The notes beneath the pieces are model-generated. The model searched no databases. It saw only the letters and a list, made by a program, of their open reading frames with translations, and was not told the origin of the DNA. The translations under genes and the position numbers were made by a program. Shown piece after piece: positions 52,445-64,000 of a DNA stretch of 64,000 nucleotides. Origin of the DNA: Octopus bimaculoides. Lineage: Eukaryota. The DNA lies in NCBI RefSeq assembly GCF_001194135.2, contig NC_068983.1, forward strand, positions 132,426,525-132,490,524, given 5' to 3'. Each line of letters begins with the position of its first letter. Position 1 is the stretch's first letter.

Positions 52445-53651
52445 TTGTGTGTGTGGGTGGGTGTGGGTGTGTGTGTGTGTGTGTGTGTGTGTGTAACGCC
52501 ACAACATCAACAACAACAGCAACAACAAGAACGGCAATCACACTGAATATCACGAAGTTCAGCCTGGCAAATCTACAAATCCTGAAACCGTACGTACATA
52601 TAGTATCTGAGCCGATGCTAAGAAGGTACGGCTAGCTTGTGGCGGGAGCAATCACAATAACAGCAGCATCAACAGCAGCAAAAAAAAAAAAAAACAAGAA
52701 CACTACAAGTAGCAACGGCAACAACAACAACAATAACAACAGCGACACTACCAGCAACGGCAGCAACAGCAACAACAAGGACGAAAACGGCATCAACAAC
52801 AGCAATGGCAGCAGGCTAGGTCAGTCACCGGATTGGCGACGTCCAGACTTTAGCCTTATACGGACGATGAGGTAGAAGATTTATCAATGAACGACAGAAG
52901 GAAGAAATGGCGGTGGGGGATGAATAAACAATGGGATGACATTCTCCCATGTCACAGAGAAAATAATTGAAAATGAAGTAAAAAAAAAAAAACAGCATCA
53001 AAAGATCTGGTCTCTACTTGACGGAGCAAATTATTATATGACAGAACACTGCTTGCATGATGGAAACTATGTAAGTAGATATTACCAGGCAGTACTTTGA
53101 ATATGAACTTTAGAACTTACATTATTAGTTCTTCTAATTACACCAGCCGGAAGCCTCAGAAAAATCATTGTTACACCCAACTTATTATATGTAAGCACAT
53201 ACACGTACTCACATTTTACAACTGAGCACTCTTCCTCCCAACCTTCGACACCCCTCATTCTGCATATATTTCAGTACACAGATTATCTTCATCCTATAGA
53301 CACGCCACATTCAAAAACTTCTGCATCTATTATCCCTTTACACTGTGAAAGGACTGCCTGTTCTTCTTCCTAGGAAAGTATCTCTTGAAGAAATATCGGT
53401 CTGAACTTCTGGCACCGAAGCTTTTTACTGTTGTTCTTTTTCTTTCATAACACAATTGGATGCGACAGTTCTTGACCACCAGAGCTATAAGAACCACCGC
53501 CTCATGTTCTCTAACAGTTCTGCTGGTGTGTATACAGATTGAGTTACCTCAAAATATTTGGTGCAAAACTGACTGGTAAAATCAGCTACAATGGATCTAT
53601 AATAATGAGTACCATGTATAAATAAGTACAAACAGGCACACACATTTACTG

Positions 53652-53710
<59 letters not shown>

Positions 53711-55948
53711 ATATATATATATATACTACACCTTTATAAGCGCGTGAGCATTTACTTTGCACATAAGTGTTTCTTTCTATAATTTTAAACACTATAGAGA
53801 GATGCAGTGGGAACCGATAAACGAAAGCTTATATAGCAATGAGATTTGTGTTGGAAACACAGTGATCCATTAATGTTACAAATTACATACACTCATATAT
53901 AATGTTTGTATAGATATGAGTATAAATATTTACAGTAAGACAGAAATATGGTTTCGATGTTTTAATACATCGGTTTGATTACATAGTGTGGAGGAATCTC
54001 TGCAACTGACAACATATTTATCACTCCTGTACTGGGAATATAAAATCATTTTATAATCGTGCATACAAAGTAATACGCAAACCATTGAAACAGAAATCTA
54101 TTAGAGTCTAATGTTTTGCATAAGAAATAGGTTTAAAATAAACAAACTTGATTTGTAGAAGTGGATCTGAACACAAGAAGATCAAAATGGAAAATGATTT
54201 GGCTGAAAAGCATCTTTTCGCTAATATTTATGTCAAACATTTCACGTACACGTGTTAATGTGAAACTCACAAACTCACTACAATTTTAGGCATTTGCAAA
54301 CAACTACATGTATATCCGTCACTCTAGCCGTACCTGTTAGATATAGTATGCTTTTATTGGGCTTTTTTTTTATTAGGAAAGGCTTTATTTAAAACTAAAT
54401 ATATCTATCTTACGGAGGAGGTTATTTTTCTTGATGTTTTCTCCGATCTTAGGGTTTCCAGAAAAGTTTTGATGTTTCTTCAGGACGCAGAGTACACGAG
54501 TAATTTGATATGAAAGAAGAGCTCTCACACGGTAATATATTTTCCACACATTACGGTAATATATTTTCCACATATTAATCACACGTTGAAACTATAGGTG
54601 AGAATATATACCGCACGGGGAAAGCTTTATGGAGTTTACTTCTGTACGTCTCAAAGGGCACGTGATCGCGCCTACCTTTTTAAGCAACTTGTAAATGTGA
54701 CATGAGAAATATATATGAACATAGGTTTTGAGATCTCGACCAGCAGACGAAGGAGTAAGCAGATATTCAGCTCATTTGACTGATTATTCACTCTAACAGC
54801 TTTATAACGATCAAAAATAGAATACACTGCCGCTTTTAGTCACTCTTGTAGCTAAGAGACGTCCTTCAATAAAGACTAGTTGAATGCTTCTCTGAAATTA
54901 CTGAAGGCGTAAGGAATTGAGGCATAATATAAAGCTCTTCAGAGTGTTGTACTGGATATGCGTCATTGGTCCCACTCCCTCACCATTCACAGCACCTCCA
55001 TTCGGAAAAGATACTATATCTCAGAATGGAGACCAAATTCACAAACTGGGAAATGGCATAATCGCAACTAACGACAAGGGATTAACACAGCTCCAGTTGA
55101 TATAAGATATCTTATGCATTTCGAAACCTCAGATCAGCTGCAGTTCAAGGTGACAAGTTGGGAAAACTTAAGAAATCGTAGGACAAGGCTGAATAGTGAT
55201 GGGAAGTATAATTGTGTAGATGTTGGTAGTTATGTCGGGTTATCAATCATTTAGTTGCGAGGTGTAGACAGAACGCTAGAAGTAATATGAAGCATAAACG
55301 GAACGCTAGAAGTAATATACACTCGTAACGGCGTTCGGCATGTATGTTGAAGATACCGACATTTCACTAACATCACCGTTGTAAAATAGTTTAAACAGAG
55401 AGGATAAGAAAATGTGTTTTTAATAGCTTGATGAAGATATCTGTGTAAGTGAAATTAGGAAGTCATGTTTAGCTTAAGAATGTTATTTTGTTTCTTCATA
55501 CTGGGTTGACCGTATTCTCTCGTTGACAAAAGATTGAGTATAACTTCATAAGGTGTATGCAAATAAATCTTTAACTAATTCATTTTCCTTATAATGATAC
55601 GATAAGTGTTCGTACAGATAAATATCAAGAGAAGAACTGAATTTAACACCAATCATTAAGTTCAATGCTTGTTATATTAGGCTAAAATACAATAAAATGG
55701 TGTCCCAGCATAGATGTACACGTAGATACGATTTCCCATATTGCTGTTGAAATATATCATTAACCAGGGTAGACTATGGATGTTGCTGACAAGATGATTG
55801 CATTGTTTTATATAATTTTTATTCCTACCGGAATAATCTCAATGCTTTCTTCGAAATATATGTTGAAAGTATAAATGATTTGAATAACACCTGTGTTTGA
55901 CTCCATTTCTTAATTTATCCACACACACACACACACATATATATATAT

Positions 55949-56107
55949 GGGCTATTAGTTTCCGTCTCTCAATCCACCTACAAGTGTTTGGTCGACCTGA
56001 GGCTATATATAGTAGAACACACTTACCCAAGTTGCCAGGCAGTTAGAGTGAACCCGGAACGATGATTTTGAGAAGCAATCTTCTTAACACACAGCAACGG
56101 CTGTGCC
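55949..56107 (-). mobile_element. SINE family A 5' half, diverged
   Basis: agtttccgtc...tttggtcgacctgaggctata...cacttacccaag...gaacccggaac...cacacagc matches the family A head. Confidence 0.75.
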
Positions 56108-56189
56108 ACGTATGCTAATGAAATGTTAGTAATAAAATCAACGTGAGGTAAATATTCTGTGAAATAATTGTTTGATTTAATAGTCTCAT

Positions 56190-56345
56190 AAATAAAAAGG
56201 GGCAGCGAAGCCGTTGGATTTCAAATATGCAACAGAAAATATAGATTATGTTACATTTCTGTGGAAGATATCACCCATGTGATTAGCAGCTGCCCGAAAA
56301 TGTCATCAAGTTGTTGCTAAAACAGTATATAATGTCATTCCTTAG
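56190..56345 (+). pseudogene. Tiny RLE-LINE zinc-knuckle fragment
   Basis: CNRKYRLCYISVEDITHVISSCPKMSS...VVAKTVYN. Confidence 0.6.
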
Positions 56346-57166
56346 AGGAAGAATTTAAATAATTAAAAATAGAAGAGGACATACAAAACATTCACAATCA
56401 GATCTACGTAAGCAAAAATTTACATCTTTTTGTTTTGATATTTCACAGATTCCTTCTTTTCTAAGTCGTATATGACAATTATAACACTTCTGAAATGATT
56501 GGTTTCCGTGTGAATTGTAAGAATTGAACTGTAATGGTACTGAATTTACAGACATTTACAACGTTGTTAACATATATAAGAATATACTAAATATTAGCAA
56601 TATTAAGATGTATTAAACATTACAGTTTTCTATAGGATTTCTACCCTTATTTCAGCTTGTTAGAAGTGTGATGCAAAAGTAATTACCCTATGTTATGGTT
56701 ACGGTTATAACGACAATCTGAATTCGTTAGTCCTGTTTCTTTGCAGCGTAAATCAAGATCAATCACATGCAGAACAGAACAATATAATAGAAAATTTACT
56801 CGGTTAACATTCGGTAGACTACATAAAATATAATGTAATCTACTTTCTTTTTCATAGACTATAAATAGTGCCAAATAAAGGCAAAGACAATGTAAAAATT
56901 TCTTTTAATTATGTAAACAACGTAAGTCTAAATCTACACTTGTTTAAAAGGTATCTGTAACTTGTACGCAATTTCATTCAATGATATGCTACATCACACC
57001 TAATTGTGCTTCTTACAGATTTAATAAACGTTTACTATTTCTACAAAAGTATGGTGTACATTTGGAATTTAAATTCCGTATAAACTAATAGGAAATATGT
57101 GATTGTCATATGACTACAATTGTGTGTAATATATGTACATGTTCATGTATCTGTTGTTTTTCTAAC

Positions 57167-57194
57167 TGCATACACACACACACACGCGCGCGCG

Positions 57195-57244
<50 letters not shown>
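57167..57244. repeat. Alternating purine-pyrimidine tract (CA)n(CG)9(CA)n
   Basis: Visible directly; (CG)9 at 57185-57202. Confidence 0.9.
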
Positions 57245-57247
<3 letters not shown>

Positions 57248-57420
57248 TCACATAAAAGTCGGTATAATATTTGAAAATCTAAAGGACCTAGGCATAACAA
57301 AATTTACTTCAACGCACGAATTCACATAAATAATGTGCTAAACGTGTGTGTGTGTATGTAGGTACGTTTGTATGCATATGTATGTATGTATGTATGTATG
57401 TATGAGTGTATGTATGTATG

Positions 57421-57451
<31 letters not shown>

Positions 57452-57861
57452 ATATGCTTAGTTATGTATATAAACTGAACTATATGCAACGAAATAGCAA
57501 GTCTATTTTCAAATTTGATTCATACCTGCTTTTACCTCCAGTTTTATTCATAATTCATATCTTCAACAATATAATGAGATCCTTATTAGGCGTTCTACTA
57601 TAGCATGTGCCACTTGAAATAACAAAATTTTATATATTCCATTAGTTTCTCTAGACTCTTTCTTTGCTTACGCTTTCTAATTTTTACCCGAACGTATCAC
57701 GATCAAGACAAGCGAAACTTTGTGAATCATTTGGTGTTAGCAGGTGGTGATTATATTTCTTTTCACGACGAATATATGAAAATATTAAGAATATTTTTTA
57801 AAAGAACTGCCTATTAAGAATTATATTCTGCAAAACGACAACGACAAGTGTAGCAACAACA

Positions 57862-57963
<102 letters not shown>

Positions 57964-58160
57964 GTAATAAAAATAATGGTCCCAAATGCGAATTACTTTA
58001 TTTCCTTATGAAAAGGTTTCGAGATATATGTACGTGGTGTATATATATATATATATATATATATAGTTCAAAAAAACAATAACAAAAAAACAAAAAAACA
58101 ACAAAGTGAGAACGTGATATGGATAGTATTATTGGACGCTCAGGAAAGGAAAGAGAGAGT

Positions 58161-58196
58161 GTATGACGTTTCGGGCGTAGCCCTTCGTCGGAAAGA
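58161..58196 (-). ncRNA. Minimal hammerhead motif variant (U4C) in an H2-related repeat (~58070-58250)
   Basis: Minus strand reads UCUUU-CCGACGA-A-GGGC-UAC-GCCC-GAAA-C-GU-C-AUAC. Stem I is degraded. The tail shares gacgctcaggaa with 5614-5625. Confidence 0.55.
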
Positions 58197-60264
58197 TGGA
58201 AAGTTCGGAGAATGGAAGAACGGAGAAAGAGGAAAATGGTACCGATGCCCATATATATATATATATATATATATNNNNNNNNNNNNNNNNNNNNNNNNNN
58301 NNNNNNNNNNNNNNNNNNNNNNNNNNNNNNNNNNNNNNNNNNNNNGTGTGTGTGTGTGTGTGTGTGTGCGTGTGTGTGTGTGCGTGTGTTTGTGTGGGTC
58401 TGTGTGTGTGTGTGTGATTTTATAAAAAATGTATGTACCTGTGCATCAAAACTTTATAAATTTTTAAGCAAGTGTCATACATTCTTATAAACATGGAAAC
58501 TTTATTATCTTTTTCAGTCATGAAATCGTGACTAGCAATTACATTACCTCCGCATATTGTTTACGAATTCAATCTTTATTTATTTATTCATTTTTTTTTT
58601 TTTTTGCACTGTTATATGTAACTATTCTTATGTCTCAAATTTATTAACCTTACATTTTAATTTTTCTCTTTAATATCAGTTGCTTTTAGGTATTTCAAAT
58701 ATACAAACGCACCATGCGTTATTTCCCAGATTCTACACACGTGTATGGAATAAATACATGTTTTCGAGGTCGCATTTATTGTTTAAAATGAGTTGTATTG
58801 AGAACTTAGCCTAATTGTTTGCGAGGTATAATGGCACACATATTCGCTTAATTAATATTGTTTTGTTGTTGTTGTTTTTGTCGTTGTTGCTGTTGTTGTA
58901 ACAACTAAATATTTCTTAAAATATGCCCGTGTACTGATGAATATGATAACTATTACACACACACACACCAACACACACACACGCACAAGCATACACACAC
59001 ATAGTATAGTCATGTAGATCCACACCTGTTTGTATGCATATATGTATGTACGTGTAAGTTAATACACATGTATTTAGTTATATATGTCTACGTTCGTTAA
59101 TTCTCGTAAGCTAATGTCTTTTCAAATGAAAGAAACTAAATAACAATTTTCATCTTAGCAGCATTATTTTTTGGTATCTGTATTGAACGTACATAAGTAT
59201 GCATATACATATGTGATTAGATGCGTATGTGCATTGATCATTACATACTTCATGTAACTAATAGCCAGCTGAATTCGCCAACAAGTTATTAATGATAAAT
59301 ACTCAACACAAACAACAGCACCTTTTAGGATCAAATCACGAAAACTGCAGCTGTGTATAACAAACTTTAAGATATGTTTTGCTTACACTTGCAAAAAAAT
59401 AAACAATAAAAAGATTAAAAAATAAACGGAAAAAGAATTACGTTGTTACACTCTTCAACAATCTCAATGCTTCTTCTTGTCTACATTTTTTTGTGTCCTA
59501 CTTAGTGATATTTAAACATTCTGTGTTACAGTTAAGTATATAGCAACTCATGTGGAATTTTCACGTTTTGTTTGTAAAATAAATCGACGTAAATCGATGA
59601 ATTGAGTACCTGTAAATATTGTAATGTGATTTAGTTCTTCTACCAGATATATACCAAACACATTTCTAATGCCTTTAATAAAAGCATAGGTTTTTTCATC
59701 ATACTTTTTTTCTCTATTTTTCTTATTTAAAATGATTTCATACATCAGAACAACTTATAACGAAAACACCTGTTATTTGAAACGATTATATTGCTAGCCT
59801 AGTGCATTTAGTTTTGTACATTTAGATTTCGTATCGGCTTGTGCTTGCTATACCTCTGTCTGCTATACTATTGTGTCTTACTAACATACATTTGAAAGTT
59901 TATGGAATTAATTAAACTTACCATTTTTTTTAAAACTGTAGAACATCTATAAATTGATTATATAGATATAATTCCTCAAAAGTGGATTCAGGCATAATAA
60001 GATATAATTTTTTACTATGGATGTGATATACTAATCTATAATATTAATTAAACAACAAGTATAGTGAGAAAGTTACGAACGTATACGGTGCCATATTCAT
60101 ATGCAATTCATCTCACTGTGAAATAAATAATAAATAACCTTTCTTCTAAAGACAAAAGTTCTGAAATTTAGAAGAAAGAGGATAGTCGATTACTTGGAGA
60201 ACAGAACTTGACTGCTACGTAATTCATCAATCACGAAAGTTTGAAAGCCAAGTCAACATCGGCG

Positions 60265-60340
60265 AATTTAGAGCTTAGAACGTAAAGACTCTGAGGATTT
60301 TGTCCGGCGAGCAAAAGATTGTTAGCTCGCCTCCTTAAAA
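60265..60340 (-). mobile_element. SINE family B 5' fragment
   Basis: Reverse complement reads ggaggcgagctaacaatc...ctcgccggacaaaat...ctttacgttctaagctctaaattc. Confidence 0.5.
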
Positions 60341-60370
60341 TAGATAATGGATATCAATATGACACCATAA

Positions 60371-60463
<93 letters not shown>

Positions 60464-61000
60464 GATATTCAATTGACAATCCAATAATTTATTTATATTA
60501 CATTAAATACTATGAATATAATATCTAGCATAGCATAATATTTATAAACATAAATTTAAACATAAATAATTATAAAAACCATTAAAGGCCAACAAATTGT
60601 TTCGACTTATATATATTTTTCTCATATACATTATCACAGTTCCATTATATATATAGTCACTTTAGGGTCTTGGCTTTTGGAAAAGACGAAATTCCGTATA
60701 AAAGGATGGTTTGATTGTAAAAAGTAATTCAAATGTCTGTGTCATGAGCGTGAGCGTTAACTATTAAATCATACATCAATTACAACTAAAAATCCTCAAT
60801 ACACTTTAGCAGACAATGCAATGAAGTAAGTGCAATTGATTGTCACTTGAATATCTCTATATTTAAATTATCTTTGTAATTGAATTATACCAATATGTAT
60901 ATGGTACCCAACTGATGTCCCATTGAATTGGATGTTTAACACACTCCTTTGAAGGATTTCTTTTCCTCAGTTTGTTACTTTACACACACACACACACACA

Positions 61001-61074
<74 letters not shown>

Positions 61075-61093
61075 CATATTTATAAAGACAGAC

Positions 61094-61140
61094 TACGAGG
61101 GGCGAACAAAGAATTTAGCTCTCAGTATCGTTCAAAATAG
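61094..61140 (+). mobile_element. Possible mariner 5' terminus
   Basis: TA-cgaggggcgaacaaag resembles mariner TIR starts. No partner TIR found. Confidence 0.3.
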
Positions 61141-61847
61141 AGGACTATATTTGTTTAATGACACATGAACAGACCATTTACCGTTCGATATTATTGGTCC
61201 ACAATTTATAATTGCAAAGTTACAAGTGAAGGAAAGGACAAAGAACAAATTACTAGACTGACACCCTCTACATTTATCACCCGCTTAAATATGTATGATA
61301 TACGGCAATAAAGCATGAATAAAATAAATTCAACCATCCTTTGTTGCTATTGTTCTTTAACACAGTTTTCTTTAAGATGAATATTGAAATAATCATAAAC
61401 ATATTAGTCATGCGTAATCTCCATGAACATCAGTATACAGTATTAAGTCTATCAATTGTTAACTTATATCACTATATCAGGTATTTCTAGTATTCCCTAT
61501 TGTAGACTCATAAGGAAAATTCGTAATAAACGTTCCGATTGTCTTAGCTATAAATCACATTTTTTTCTCGATTGAAGACTGGTTATGTTCCAGCAAAATT
61601 CAATTTTAAACTGCTTGTGCTACTATTTCTTGTTTGATAAAAGCCATACCATCTTATCGCTCTGAATTTAGCCCACAGCGATTAATATCACCTTCATTGA
61701 TATACATTGATTTTCTTACCATTTCTCAATGAAATAAAACAGCATTAGTACATCCAAAAATACCAGTAGTAACATAGAAAAACACACATGGACATACAGA
61801 AAACAAAAACATGTCTGCGTGTATGCGCACACGTAATTTTTTTCATT

Positions 61848-62080
61848 TTCAACCTGCGCCGTAAGCGAAACAATGGTATTGTAATCACTCCTCGTTGTTT
61901 GTCTGTGTTTACAAAATTACTGAAAAAAGGTTGAACAGATTTTCACCAAATTTGGCAAGAATACTTAGTGGATGAGTGGCTCAAAATGATGAAATTTTAG
62001 TTAGATTATCTTCAAAACTGGTGGGCGGGTGACTCATAAACTTTTCACTGTGCATATGTTTTGTGAAATGATATTTGTGC
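61848..62080 (+). mobile_element. Possible Helentron-associated (HINE/DINE-like) element fragment
   Basis: Characteristic-looking blocks ggtattgtaatcac...tgtttgtctgt...aaaattactgaaaaa...gaacagattttcaccaaatttggc. Family assignment is from recall. Confidence 0.45.
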
Positions 62081-62216
62081 TTGCAGCGTATGCATCGTTT
62101 TGGCATGTTCAAAAATCTATTACCAGCACATAAAAACATGTGTTATGTCTATTAGATACTATTTATCTCTCACCAGATGGAATAAATCTTGTTGGTCTTA
62201 CCAGCACGGAACAGTC

Positions 62217-62273
<57 letters not shown>

Positions 62274-62274
<1 letters not shown>

Positions 62275-62445
62275 CGTGGTACCTTGGGCAAGTATCTTCT
62301 ATTATAGCTTCGGACCCTCCAAGAGGTCAATAGAATAAGTACTAGGCTTAAAAAGAATAAGTCGTGGGGTTGATTTGTTCGACTAAAGATGGTGCTCCAG
62401 CATAGCCGCAGTCAAATGACTGAAGCAAACAAAAAATGAATGAAT
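62274..62445 (+). mobile_element. SINE family A, 5'-truncated with an internal deletion
   Basis: The ccttgggcaagt core is joined directly to tagaataagtactaggctt...ggtgctccagcat...gtcaaatgactgaa. Confidence 0.8.
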
Positions 62446-63551
62446 ATATATAATTTAATTCGACCCTCGTCTGTGTGTATAGATGATGGTGTATCATGGC
62501 ACGTAGATGAGTACATACATAAATATATATACATACTTAGACATATGACATAGATATGTATTTGCTGTGTGTGTTTATGTATGTGTGTATGTGTGTGAGT
62601 GTGTGTGGGTACAGTAATGTGTTCGATGGTTTCGTTTATTTATGAGCTGAGTACTTAATTGCACTGGAGTATAAATATCTATAATAGTGATACTTAGAAA
62701 AATGAATAATTTTTTAAAAATCGAACTTACAAGTTTCCCGAAAAGCAATTGGTTATATTGTTTATATCCTACAACGAACTACAGTACGTTTCCTTCGCTT
62801 AGCATAATTGAAAGATGTTGAAAACACTTCTGAAATTCTATGCATTATTTTCCATAAGTATTTCACTTTCTTCACTTTGTTCTTTTTCATAATCATGATT
62901 ATTATTTGAATAATCATTTATTTAGTAATAGGCATATTTTACTCATATGCGTTTAGCGTACACATCGATCAAGTCTACTTTCCGCTGTCATCTACTTAGG
63001 CTTCTAACCCTATCTTAATCAAACGCTTACGAAGCTTAATTCATTTCACTTAAATAGAATGGGAAAGTAATGCATTGTAAGCCACGCTATAATTTGCGAA
63101 GAAATTTATCTTCGCGCAGGGTATGCATCACTTCCCCGATGCCTTTATTAATTATTTGTATTTATGTATTTATTTATTTATTGCTTCCTTCGTCCTCTCT
63201 GTCAACCGTTCTCGTTTAACCTGTAATTCATCAATTGCAATTCCAAAGAAATATTTACTTGCGAATATTGAAAAAAAAATGGATTATTTTTTATGAATTG
63301 GCCCCATATATTCTGTTGTCTGGTTTTATTTTTCTCTACTGTTTCATTGTCTACTTCTTTCTCCTGTCCTTCTTCAGTCATTCATAGAATGTTATATATT
63401 ATTATATATTTTAAAAGAAATAATAGTTCATGTAATCATGTTCTTCTACGTTATAAGGCAAAATATGAATCCAAATAAACAGTATAAAATAATCGAAGAC
63501 ATTCAGGTGGAAATCAGATGTCATTGTCAAACATTTTGCCTTTACATATAT

Positions 63552-63636
<85 letters not shown>

Positions 63637-64000
63637 AAATGAATGATAACAGCCGATGGATAAATGTCACCACATGAGCAAACAGTTTCCATTGCCTGTT
63701 ATTATTCATTTGATTATACTACACCAAGAAGAGTTAAGACATGTCGGACACCTTAGAGTATGTCAACAACGTAAATTTCATAGTAACACTTGCTTTGGAC
63801 CAGCGCTTGTGCGCTAATTACTCATAGGGTTGTTTTTTTCTTTGTACAAATCTGGAATATCGTGTTTGATACTTACCGAACATAGGCCGGAACCACAGGT
63901 TTACCCAACCGTAGCAGCTGCATACCTTTTCAACTACCTGATCCTATCTGAATCCTTATTTTACTACACACACACACACACACATACACACACACACACG

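Noticed and set aside
52639-52875. Asn/Ser-rich ORF
   Set aside because: Built on (AAC/AGC)n simple repeats, starts at a non-ATG codon, and has no homology that I recognise.
53240-53620. Apparent plus-strand exon after a strong acceptor at ~53372, and a minus-strand 49-nt exon
   Set aside because: The plus frame stops after about 25 codons. The minus strand weakly resembles a decayed RTE LINE (FEMW..R M.KI motif), too weak to annotate.

Overview
AT-rich, repeat-dense animal genomic DNA from a gapped short-read assembly. Most N gaps are flanked by (TA)n or (TG)n. The repeat families look cephalopod, probably Octopus; that is my recognition, not a database result. I could not identify an intact host gene, and nearly all ORFs in the track are microsatellite or N artefacts. 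Recognisable content is transposon debris: (1) tRNA-headed CORE-like SINEs; (2) R4/Dong-type LINE fragments; (3) a Penelope-like (Naiad-type) reverse transcriptase remnant; (4) a Merlin DNA transposon with both TIRs and an 8-bp TSD; (5) Tc3-like and Tigger/Jerky transposase remnants and several MITEs. The main finding is a set of minimal type I hammerhead ribozyme motifs (CUGANGA - stem II - GAAA - palindromic stem III - UH) in at least three unrelated short repeat families. One is a 361-bp element with a tRNA-type head, a hammerhead, an inverted copy of its own tail and a perfect 12-bp TSD. A 140-bp foldback derivative of it has its own TSD. A ~340-bp inverted-repeat pair carries two outward-facing, nearly canonical hammerheads. 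Together these suggest non-autonomous ribozyme-bearing retroelements mobilised by Penelope-like elements (inference).
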